Positions 24,335-36,030 of a stretch of 64,000 bases of DNA are shown here, in pieces. Location of the stretch: contig JAYWIR010000002.1 in the NCBI GenBank assembly GCA_036172245.1, positions 5,704,001-5,768,000 of the forward strand, in the 5' to 3' direction. The position numbers and the translations under genes were made by a program. The notes under the pieces are model-generated. The model was not told the DNA's origin, did no database searches, and saw only the letters and a program-made list of their open reading frames with translations. Every line of letters starts with the position of its first letter. Position 1 is the first letter of the stretch. Source of the DNA: Raillietiella orientalis. Its lineage: Eukaryota.

Positions 24335-27300
24335 TTAAAGGTTTTGTTGGATTTTGAAAGGGGAGGAGCATGATACGGTTAGTAAGAAGGGGCCTTCCAT
24401 CCCTGGATGAAATGTGGATGGAATGAGTTGGTAACATCCTGCAGGAAGTTGGTTTACTTCTAAAACAACAAATCCTGGTCTGCAAAACACAAAATAAAGA
24501 ATAGCTTTTTGTATGCATGGAATGTACCTATAGGGGCCAGAAGTTGCGATTGGATACGACCTATCTGCATTCTGGGAATACAGATGCAAACCTACACTGA
24601 ACTCCTTTGGTCCTCGCAATTCAAAAAGTAGCTGGCAACATTGAGGAGGTGAATCAACAATGAGAGTATAAGATGGGTTATTCCAAAATGTATTTGGATG
24701 ACTTGGACATCCTCCTGCAGAAATACCTTTCCAGCATCCATCATGAATCTGCTATCAGGTAACAAAATGTCTATAATACAACTTGGCACCTGCTGATGAT
24801 AACTGAAGTGGCTTGCAACTGGACTCAATTCAAAAGGCACTGAGCTATAGACGCGGATAGAAAAGTATATGGTGCGTGACTTCTCATGCTGAGAAACAAC
24901 AAGTGTGTAACAATCATTGGCAGAGACCAATTTGCACAAATAATGAGGACTGTTGATCCGGTAGGCCTCCAACAAAGGGGGAGGTTCATCTGAATGCTTT
25001 GATACAAAGTGAGTACAAATGACTGTTACCAACATGGATAATAAACACGTTTGCCTTGGTTCTTGTATACCAACAGAGTGATATATTCTCGATTTTCCCT
25101 GAAATCCTCAATATCAGTAATGTGTCTTGTAAGCAGGATCCAAACAGCTGAAGATGTCTTAGCTTTAACATTCAAAATGTACTGAGGATTCTGACTGATA
25201 TTGTACACATCTCTGGCAGGACCTACTCCAGCTTTCCAACATCTGAGGGAGGCAATAATACACAAGAAAGAAGCACGAGCAAGATTTACCGATGGCTTAC
25301 AAATGTGTGTTGAAATAACTTAGGATCCCAATTGATGTAAAAAACATCAAAAAAGTGGCACAAACTATGATAGTCAATCCAGAATACCCCATTGTCAAAT
25401 ATATGTGCACTTTTGGGACTGTAGTTCAACTGCTGCTGTAATTCTGCAGTCCAGCTTTTCTCATCCAACTCAGAGTAGCGGCCTTTCCATCGAAGATGAG
25501 ACCAAGGGTTCTTCAATTGTAGCAATCTGATATTCTTAATAGGGAAACTTCACAATCATAAGTTTTCTAAGAATGCACCTTAATTTCCTGGATATCCAAT
25601 ACAGCATAAGCATGAGACTCAACAAGACCAGCTCTCTGAGTCACCTCCTCACTAAGTGGGCCTGTAGCAACAGTCAGCAAGAGATGGCCTTGATGAAATC
25701 GCTCGTGAAGTAGGCGAAATGTTTTCTCGGCATCAAAATCAGCATCCTTAATTGAAATGCGTTCCGGAATCCATCCAGTAAGCGCATGTAAATCGATATT
25801 CTAATGAAATATTCGTGAATGCTTTAATCAATAGTATGTAACACATACACTATTAGATCCAGGAAAATCATAGCCCCCCATAACCTTCATATATGCTTTC
25901 TCCAATAAGGAAGGCCAAAGTTCTCCTCTTAATGATGAAAATGAGCACAGTGCTTCTCCGAATTTATTAACAGGGAAGAAATCATCAATGATGACTTTAC
26001 GCTTAACACCATTTATGTGTAGCTGTATCATATATTTGCCACAAGGATTATAAATTGGTTGCCCATGTTTATTCTGTGGGAAAATTTTGCTGGATAATAA
26101 TTTCGAGGAGAAACGCTTTTCATGTAAAGCACTAACTGCCATTGAAGCCACAAATGAGCAATCAGAAACTAAGGTTTGTCTTATAGCAAATGGATCCATG
26201 AAAACAATGACTTTGGGGTCTCTAGCCAATTCTTCTGCACGCATCCAGTGGTGAAAATGTTGGAGTTGTTTAGGTGACAATTTCAGCTTCCCATGAGGAT
26301 CATCATACGGTAATGGGTATGCAAATCGCTCCAAAAGATCCACTTTTAAGAAGGGTACATATGAAACACCATTAATTAAAGATGTATTCTTAAGAACTTC
26401 GAGTTCATCACAAGTGTATCCTGAACGACCACTTAAATGCAACTTGTTTTTAGCATCTCCATCTAAAACATAAACATGAGAAGGCTGAAAGTGAACACTT
26501 TTACCGAGTACCTATGGTACGTTTGGGTGAACTGACAATGGCTTTGAGTTTTTCGGCTTGTTGAACTGCCTGCTCTGCTAGTCTACGTAATTTGTTGCTC
26601 AATTCTTCATCTTTTATGCTTTTTCTCTTCACAATGATAATTCGTCAGTATAATTCCTCCCAAATTTACATACAAAGGCTTTGGATGATATGAGATCACA
26701 AGTGTATATAATACAATTCTGATTCTCATTAAAATAAACATTCCAAAAATTTCTAAAGATTGAATGGCATAAAAAACACTATTGATAACTAAGAATTATA
26801 AAATCTGGTACAGCCCTAGTTTCTCAAGGTCCTGCTACTGATTCACCGATGCATTAAAAATCATTGGGTACGTACATTTTTTTTTAAGATTTATACAACA
26901 CTACAAACTTTTGCTGAATTGATATTCCTGTTTGTGAACTCTCACATGCATGAACTAAACAAAAACGTTGGAACAGAAGAACAATAAATGAACACTTTAG
27001 TTCTTAATCACGTTTTGTATTATTTTTCTAATCAAAAACTTACTCTACAATGCATATTGTAGCTTGTGATAATACATTTTACCCATCACGATTATTAGAC
27101 CTATTCAGATAACAAACGCACAAACTTTTTTTCCGTAAATAATAAAAATGTCTCCATATAATAAAAAAAAGCATCATTCAAAACATATTGACAATTAATT
27201 TATATTAAATGTGCAATTGAGTAACTATGCAAAGTTAGAGAATTGCATGTTTAATAGCATGGCATGTTATATCACATTTCAACTATAGAATAACAGTAGA

Positions 27301-28863
27301 TATTGACTAAACTGGCTGATTTCTCCATCACTCAAGCCAGTTTCTCTTTTAGATCATTCATGTTTGTAATCTGATATTCCTTTTTTAGAATGCTAATTTT
27401 CTTCAGTAACAAAGTGTCCCATGTTCTAAAAAAAAGTTCCTGCATCTCTTCAAAACTTCTTAAATGTGTCAAAATTTCAATACATGTGTTTATACCTTTA
27501 CAACTTAACACAAGATAAGAGAATCAAATGAAAAATGAAATTAAAGATGGAAAACATAATGGCAACTTTAATGCTTTTTCGTTTTTTTAATCACAACGAA
27601 ATTATGATTGGATACATTGCAAAATCTCGGCAATTTTTCAACTTGAAGTGATTTTAAATAGGAGATTGTTTTAATGACTTACCAACTGCAAACATAATTC
27701 TGCTGCTCCTGAGTATAGCTTTACAGCTTCCTCCATGTGACCTTTCTCATCTTCATCCATTGCTTGGCTAAACAGGAAATATGCTCGTTTAGTTTCTTGA
27801 CTGCAGACATTTGTATGAATATTCCCATCAAAAAATTTTTTTTGTTCTAAAAAACATTTAAATGTAAAATCATGCTGGTGATTAATGATAAACACAATGC
27901 CTGAAAAATAAAAATTGAGGCAATCTTTACATTTTATCAACATTAGATTTGTATACTACAAGACATCTAGTGACATCTCTGTTTCCGCTTAAGTGAAAAG
28001 AAAGTTACTGATTACTGTATTTCTACACAGCAAGGGATTTGATGATCTTATTTAGAAATATGATCAATGTCAAACATAAAATCATTCTTCAAATTACAAG
28101 TGGTCTGATTGAGGATACATGCTTAAGAAACAAACATTTTGTTAATACAATGTGCTAAAGACAGCAAATACAATCAAAATAAATCAGAAACTGGTACTGA
28201 ACAAATCCTTATGTAGGATGTTCAGGGTATTCCATGATGATCACTTGCTTTGAAGGAAACATTAAATAAATAAATTAATAGTCAGAAATACATCTTCAAC
28301 ATACATATACTTCCCCCCTGGTTTGCAAGTGTAGATTAATGTACACATCTAAATTAAGATTTGTGAAAATATCCTTAGATTTCTGCTACAGGAATTCTTG
28401 AATTGTGAAAGTCACACATAGTAGTTATAGGAAATTTCTAAAGACTCATTTATAGAGAATATGTGATATCTGCAATTCAACATTAGAATTCGGATTTTGG
28501 GGAGAAAAATTTGCAATTTTCATAAAAAATCAAAGTTTTTACATAAAAAGTAAGGATAAAAGAAGAGCTAATATGAATCAAGCTTAAAAAACAAAATTGA
28601 TGAATACAGGATAAATGAGCTATGTAATGCAATAAATTCTTACTTGAATGTTTAAGGTCTGCAGCTCGATTTGCATATTCTTTCTGCTTCTCTAATAAAG
28701 AGTCATTTTCATATCCCATTGTCATGAGATCCCCAATACATTCTGCAGCAAGTTCATAATAATAAATAGCTGCATCCAAGTTATCTTTCTCAAAGTTAAT
28801 GGCTCGGTTAGCTGCTTCAGCAACCAACTGCAACAATTCTTCCACTGTTTTCTTTTCATCCAT
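24335..28863 (-). CDS. CAPN7: Calpain-7 (PalB-type: tandem MIT domains, CysPc protease core, C2-like domains), 11 exons
   Basis: Exons (-): 28863-28644, microexon 27987-27957 (or -27960), 27800-27683, 26626-26512, 26462-25849, 25800-25579, 25534-25290, 25242-25034, 24989-24790, 24748-24528, 24479-24335 (TAA). MIT-like AANRAINFEK..AAIYYY..EYANRA and AMDEDEKG..AVKLY; catalytic triad in QTLVSDCSF (Cys), SHAYAV (His), LKNPW (Asn); also ELWPSLLEKAYMKVMGGYDFPGSNS. Confidence 0.96.
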
Positions 28864-28892
28864 TCAATAAGGCATAAATAAATAGCAAGTGC

Positions 28893-28915
28893 CTAAACTA
28901 AAAACAGAAAAGAAA
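28893..28915 (-). promoter_or_regulatory. 3' splice acceptor 29 nt upstream of the CAPN7 ATG
   Basis: Minus strand TTTCTTTTCTGTTTTTAGTTTAG|GCACTTGC...TGAATG. Confidence 0.65.
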
Positions 28916-31900
28916 TCAAATGCCATTCCACCAATTGAATAAAGGATTTCTTATTTTACCAATAACAGGTTACGATCTTGTTTTATATTTGATAGCATCC
29001 CATTTTAGGTTGCAACAAAATATACACTGATTAGCTTTGCAAGCAGCCAGTAAAGCCACAATACATTGTGCCCCCAAATGAGAGAACATCAATTATTCTG
29101 CATAGTAGTGTCATTTGCTAAAGCCACAATGCCTTAACCCACCCATTTTCATAATCAATCATTCTAGCATCAATAATCCTTCTCTACTAAACCCCACAAT
29201 CCCACATTCAGAATCACTAATTAGTCCAACTAATATGAATACACAAAACAAGGCGAAAGACGATATATGATACCAAAAACTATGATTCTTATCAAACCAC
29301 CTTGGCAGATTAACTTATTAATGTTATCATACACATTACCACCACCACTTCATGCAAAACAATAACAACTAAATACTCAATTCTTATCCTATATCAGCCC
29401 TCTACAATGATCGATCCATGAAAAGTGATGATTCTTTACTACTTTTTACGTGATATTTTAAGTGAAAAGTTTCTAGGAAGCTCTACAACCATACGGATCA
29501 ATGGAAATGTTTTGATAAAAACACAATTAAATTATTTTAGCAGAAATGAGGAATAATAATGAATATTTACAATACGCGAATCCAGCAATGCTTTCTGTCA
29601 TGTTCATGTTCGATTTTTAGAAATGCAGTACACCTATGTAAAGAAAACATTTCCTATGCATACACCTATGCATGGAAAACTATTCTTCGCCTTTGTGCTC
29701 AACGTATGAACAAAATATGGTAAACGAGTTTATCTCTTTGCAATGTATGATGCCCGTGCTCATGAGGGGCACTCACAAAACGCCGTTTAGCACTATCAGT
29801 ACTTACATTCACGCACATTTCAATTTAATGATAGATAATGATAAGAATACAATGAATACTACTACGGAGCAAAGAGATTTCACTTTTTCTGGGCTGAGTT
29901 TTTCACGAGAACCGAGGCACTTACGGTTTCAGACCGTTACAAAAATGGATATGGATGGAAGCATTGGGTATCTTAACCCGAAAGATGAGAATTCAAAAAG
30001 AAAAGAATGCTTACGTTGCTGAGTTTGGGACATTTTATCGCAACTACGTCGATCACGTTTGATATACAAGCTTCGCAAAACAAAATCAAGAACATCAAGG
30101 GCATTTGGGTCTTCTGCGAGCTTTTGGTACCTTGCCTAAGGCACAGGAGAACCAGTACTCACTTGCCATGAAAATTCTGTACCCAAACCCATACTTCTTT
30201 CGTACCGAGAAAACGTGCACATTTATAAAAGAAAATACGATCAAAGAAAAGGTGGAAAACGAATCTCATACTCGATTTTAATTCAAAAACTCAAATAAGA
30301 GTAATTATGCGGGAGCACTTCATAGCTTTTTGGCTAATCTTGATAATCAGAAACCATCCCGAGGGACGAATATATTCTTTTTATTCAAAAATTGTGCAAT
30401 ACCAAAACTAAGACCTGTATCTTGGAATGTGTCAGAAAAAACAAAACAAAACATATGTGGTTTGTAAGGCCAGATAAACGTGATTCACATGTTAGAATAG
30501 CTTTAATAAATCCTATTCTTGTTACTAACTCGAAAATGGCAAGTAAGCAAAACGAAGAATGGAACACTAATATTTTGGCAAAATCCTTCTGGTAAGTTTT
30601 CAGATCATCCAATAGTTTCACCAAATAGGGATCTGCTAAAGTACTGCCTTTACCAGACAGTCCTACGACCTCAAAAGTGCGACCAATCGCTGAATTTTGC
30701 CTCTTCACTCCATAAAAGTTCCTGATCTCTTTTAGGCCTCTTCAAAGTCTTGAACCGAATTGCCATTCAGCGATTCGATTTTGGACAAGCAGCTAATGAT
30801 GATGCACACAGGTGATCAACTCATAGCTCTTTTTAAAATGGGGAGAGGAGTTTTACCTGCATTGTAGAGGGTGTGGTTTGGCTTTTTGTACTTAAGGATT
30901 TTGTTTACCAGCAACAGAAGCAACGAGAAATTGAAATAACGCAAAAAGCGTATCTGTTACAGTAAGATGACTGATTTAATAGACGGCATATTGTCTGCAA
31001 TTGGTGCATAAATATTTATTAATAAAAGTCTAATGGTCTAAGGACTTAGTAATAACAAACTATACCGAAACGAAAGTCGGACTGGAATCTCAGTAATCAT
31101 GCAGGATTGTAGATGAATGACTTTTACTCAATATGGAGAGGAAACACGCAAACCAAGAATGAGCAGTTAAGAGGGTAAAGGATAAAATAAAAAAAGCCTT
31201 TTGTTAGTGCCATAAGGGATTTGAATGACTTCAGGTAGCACTGAATACTCCAAGTGCCATTGGAATTTCTGACGTATTCAGTGTCGTTATAAGGTATAAG
31301 AAAAATATGATAATTTCCTGATGAAAGAGAAGGTTGGTTAGGGCATGGAAGTGAATGAAAATTCTTAGATAAAGCAAGAGAAAAAAAAGAGAACACATAA
31401 AGTAAAAATAGACGAATAAAATACGGAAAACAAAAAAGTAAGCACTTTTGAGCTTTAAATATATTATGAAACATTTTTTAAAAGGTTGCTTTCAGTTCTC
31501 ACGAAGCAACGCGATCCTTTCAAAAGTGATTAAACATGTCAACCTCGGAGAAAACGAAGGTAGCAAGAAATTCAAGGCGTTCTCGACGGAACTCTCGGAT
31601 ACATGCTCTCAAAATGAGTGGGTCCCCCTGCTTGATTGAGTTTTTTTCAAGATCATCAAGTACTGCATCTTACTAGATGACCAGGTTCCAAACGAAGGGG
31701 AAGCACAACCTATCAATGCCTTTGAGACACCTTTGACATCGATTACTCAAGAAAACAGCAGCTTGTGGTTGCTGTTTTCTTGAGTTGGAAACAGATTTGT
31801 TCCTCCAAACTGTTTTACTGGACTCACCGGAAAAGATAATAATCTTCTCCTGGTCTACCATGCTATATGGAAATTCAGTTGTCCATCTGAGCAAATCACT

Positions 31901-34259
31901 TATATAGTTCTGTTTAAGTTGCATTCCGTGGAACGGAAGTCGATCTGACTCGAAGTTTCCTTAAAGGATGGATGAGTGACTGAACATTTTGGCAATTTCA
32001 GGTTTGCTTTCCACAGGTAATTGTTTGCACGGAACACTTCGACATGCGCAGTACCCTCGAAAATCAAGAAAGCCTTAGCTATAGACTTCAAGGGATGGAA
32101 CCAAGCGATCGTCCTTGAAAGTCCAGTTAGGTAGAATCAGTTAAGAAGTGATTTCTCAAGACGACGTTCTGCAGTCGCACTTGATGGTCTTGCAAGAGGT
32201 CTAAGAAGCCAAATGCAGGTGTTTTTCCATTAAGATTTTTTTTTCTCTTCTGAGGCTTAGTTGTGAGATCAGGGTCTCTTGAAAAATCGGTAGCAGTATG
32301 TTCCAAACATGTTGTGACTTGAGGACATTGTTCGATGAAAGTTTTTTTGATCTGAAAACTGCAAGAACTGTGGAGGATGAGAACTTGAAACAGCTGCCTA
32401 GCAAATAGGAAGATGCATCCAAAGAGGGCAGGCACTCTGTTGCTGCGTACAAAAATTCTTTCGGATATTAAAGGTTGTTTCAAAGTTTCTCAGTAGGCTC
32501 TACGACGACGATAGTTCTTGGATGGAGGATGAAAACACCCTGAGTACCCTCCCACTGCCGACACCCATGAAAGTCGGAAACCCCTCTATAAAGTCAGATT
32601 TGCACGGAAAGCGACTCGCAAAAGACATACAGATACCATAATCAAGAATGCCAAGCCTCCTAAAGAAAACAGAGACGGTCAGTATGAACTTTGGGTCTTT
32701 AGATTCCATCTCCTGAAGGAAGAAAATTAGTGGACGCCTCGTTTATCTGCGTTTGCGTGGAGTTTTCGTTTACTGATCGACTGGAAAAGGTACGTCAAGA
32801 GAGATAGAAAATGGAGTCTTGACGTCTATGGCGAGGGGACATCGGTTACTTTAAGAGAAGAGTGGTCCCTACAAAGTAGTAAAGCCCTCATTGCATCCAA
32901 AGAAGGTAATCCTTTTCACTGAATGTAATTATAGAGGAGCGATTCTCCATCAGCCGTTTAATTTCGATGTAACCACAATGAAAGAGAGGAGCGTTGCTGC
33001 CGGCTGAAGAAATGCAACCAGACAATAGTCTCAAAACAGCTTAGCAGCATGAAAAACGTGAAGACCCCACCAATGCTTTCGTCTTTTCTGCATTCTCAGC
33101 ATTGCCTGCTTTTCGATACAGGGTATTTTCTGAGGCAATCCCTTTCATCCCTCCACAACGGTTTGTGAACCCTGTCAGAATTCCCCTATCGATTGGCAAA
33201 AGTTCTCGCTGTGTGAGAACACGCTGTCGTAATCAGCTGGAACATTCAGAAGCCTTTGGTTAGTCCGATATATCGACTGTCGTTGGGAAGCAAAAGCAGT
33301 GGCTGTAGGTTTTTTTGATTTTTCGTTATGATGGAGATGTGAGGGTGGAGTTACGGAAATGACGTAGAACTGCGTCATGGACACGGATCCCTCGTCAGGA
33401 GGAATGTTTCCGTATTAAGAAGAAATCAGTTGGACATATCAAGGGAACACGTGACAGAAGCAGCATGAACGACAGAGCAAGTTCAAGCTCTAGATATCTG
33501 CAGGAGGTAGCTCGTCTGTAATCATCTGGATTGTGTTGGCACAATTGCTGAGAGGATTCTGAAAATAACTATCCGAGGGGATCAAGCAGCATCACATTTG
33601 GTACTTCTGATTTCTTTCATGCCCATCTTGAGACGTGTGGTCTGAATTCTATGAGTGTCCTGCTCCCATTCTCTCGAGTTTCCCTCTTCAGAGGTTGCTC
33701 CGTGTCATCCAAGCTTTGGTTCTTCACTGGACTCCAGAAATCCAGGAAGAGGGAATTGAGGATTTTAGTCATTTGGTCCTCATCGTGTTTTCTGTACGTC
33801 TGCTGCAGATGGAAACTAATTTTCATAGATGATTTGCAGTCTAGAGATCTTCTATGACGCTTGGGCGGTGGGAGACATCGGAACGCTTTTCCGTTAGCCT
33901 CTCAGAGATGTGGAAAATGAACTTTCAGCTTGTAGATACAGGACTCTCATCAGGATGCCCCAACGAGAAATATCCTCTCTCGTTCGTTCTTGCAGTAGCG
34001 TTTCCGAATTTCATTGTTCCAATATCTCTCGAGTGGCCCTCTTTCTAGGAGAGCCACTCGGGAGTCAGCTGCTGAATCAAAATCCGCGGTATAATAGGCT
34101 ACTTCCATGCAGATACAAATTCAAGAAGGGAATCAAGAGGATCAATGGTACTCATCGTGGCTTCGGGTGAATTGGACGGGTGATTTCCTTTTTTCTAGCA
34201 ATAGCAAAGGTCACAGCTGAAGTGGTTAAAGAATGGAGTTTTAGCAATCTGAGACGTAA

Positions 34260-35590
34260 ATAAAACTTTATTTAGCATTTGGATTAATACAAAAATTGTT
34301 GCTGGAATGGCTCTGGAGAATCCTTTGCGAAGGTTGTTTCCTACGTGTTCTTCACGGTTCCTCGGTGCTCTCTTCCGGGGTGAGAGCATTGTCCAGATCA
34401 TCTGGTGGGGCTGCATTTTTCCTTCTTACACGTGATGCATAGATGGTTCTTGAAAAGCAGATGCAGATGGCAACCATCCGCTGCCGTATCCTTATCAGCT
34501 TCTTTTTCGGAATTCCTGTGTATTGTAGAACGTTGTCGTTTTCAGGATCTCATGCTCCAAGTGGGCCGACAAGGATCGCCTGCACTTTGGTTATTTTCCC
34601 AGTGTTTCCGAGTTGCATGGCGACATCATGGTATTTGGCTTCCTTTATTTTCCTAAATGTGGTGAACGCCTCCTTTCCGTTTTCAAATGGGCAGGAGATG
34701 TCCAGCACACCTATTCGATCGCTTTTTTTCCAAAACCAGGTCTGGTTTTAGGGTGGAGGTGGTTCCTGGCACTCTGCGATTACTTGATACCAGAGTCCAC
34801 TTGGCTTCATCCATTGCGGCCCTCTTGATAATTTCCAGGATAGCATCATGGCGCAGCATCGTCAGAGGCGCGTGCTTCTTACATCTGTTGAGCACATGTG
34901 ATAAAGTCTCGTCCTCGGTTCCGCAACGCCGACATATCCTTCCATAAACCTTCTTCGTTGGTCCAGCATTTAGGGGCAAAAGGTTCAGCCCTGCCTCATG
35001 GATGAACTTGTAGTCTTGGTATCTTAGGAGGATTCCGTTTGTATGGAAGAAGCTTGAAGAGTGATGCATGCCCACACATTGCATGGCCTTCCCTTGACTA
35101 ACGTGGTTTTCAATGAGGGATTGCCATGCGTGTTCTCGCTGCAATGCTCTTACGCCGGAGGCGAGCCGTCTTCTAGCACTGCTGGTGAAGAGTATTTCGT
35201 CCACTGTGATTCTGGGTTCTCCTTGCCGAAACTCCCAGCGGGCTTTCATTCTTCTAGAGGCCTTCCTTCCTTTCAACCAGAGGCTCTCAATTTCCCATCC
35301 GGGCTTTGCGATCTTGTTCATCATGAATTCCACGAGATTATCATCTGTCGGGGCTTCTTGGATCCGTGTTTGGACGATTTCATCTAGGGTTATCTTTGAA
35401 AGTTTACTTACTGCTTTGTCTGCCGACGTAAGCAGCTTGAAGCAGCTGTCCACGATGAAGGTATCGGACTCTTGAGCTAGCTTCATTAGTCCTAGGCAGC
35501 CTTTCGTTCTCTTTCCGTACAGATACTCGTTTGCTGCCCAGGATGGTAGGTGAAGGGCCTTCTTCAACTTCTTCCTTCCTTCCTTACTTT
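34260..35590 (-). mobile_element. 5'-truncated, degenerate non-LTR retrotransposon with restriction-like endonuclease (NeSL/Utopia-like, R2 group)
   Basis: ORF 34683-35567: KKALHLP..YLYG...LGL, LNLLPLN, CCHC knuckle CRRCGTEDETLSHVLNRC, RHD, LKPDLVL. After a frameshift in an A-run (~34724-34730) it continues GVLDISCPFEN..KEAKY..ILVGPLGA*DPEND, with a premature TGA at the conserved W. The 3' UTR ends in AATAAA near 34268-34273. Confidence 0.85.
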
Positions 35591-35724
35591 CCTGCCTTAA
35601 AATTTTTCTGGTACGTGGAAGCAGCTTTTTTCAACCCTCTGCATGAAATTCCGCCTCCTGCGAGTTCAGCATCACTGCAGTTTTCCACTCCTGACTTTCC
35701 CCCTCGAATCGTTGAACCACCTTT

Positions 35725-36030
35725 TTAGAGTGCAGGAAGGAAGACGTGGTAGTCACTGGTCGCGAGTTTAGGACTGGAAGGTGAGTGATTGAAGAGTTCC
35801 CATTAGAGTTTCTGAATTACCTGGACAGCAGTGTGTGGGCACGCGTTGTCATGGAGGACAATTCCAGATCTCAGCATTCCACGCCGTCGGTTCTGCCGAA
35901 TGACACGCCGCAGTTTTGAAAGTGAAACGAAAGTGTGAAACATTTCAAAGTAGACTTGCGAAGTGATGGTTGTTCCAAGCTCCATAAAGTCCTTTTGGTT
36001 CCACACACTGCTGTGTCTGCACATTCCAGA
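35725..36030 (-). mobile_element. Mariner (Tc1/mariner) transposase catalytic-domain remnant
   Basis: Translates GTTITSQVY..LRRVIRQNRRRGMLRSGIVLHDNACPHTA..KL*WELFNHSPSSPKLATSDYHVF, matching mariner HDNARPH and YSPDLAPSDY motifs; contains internal stops. Confidence 0.88.

Noticed and set aside
30318..30345. U2 snRNA fragment or SL-RNA Sm site (GCTTTTTGGCTAA; also AGCTTTTGG at 30119)
   Set aside because: Match is too short, with no flanking U2 homology and no convincing leader/donor/stem-loop arrangement.
30385..32700. Short minus-strand ORFs upstream of CAPN7 as a third operon gene
   Set aside because: No consistent exon chain or recognisable domain; possibly decayed TE.
15000..33000. AT-rich block as HGT or contaminant
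   Set aside because: The genes are intron-rich metazoan types, share the same tiny-intron class as the GC-rich SLC7 gene, and the compositional transitions are gradual.
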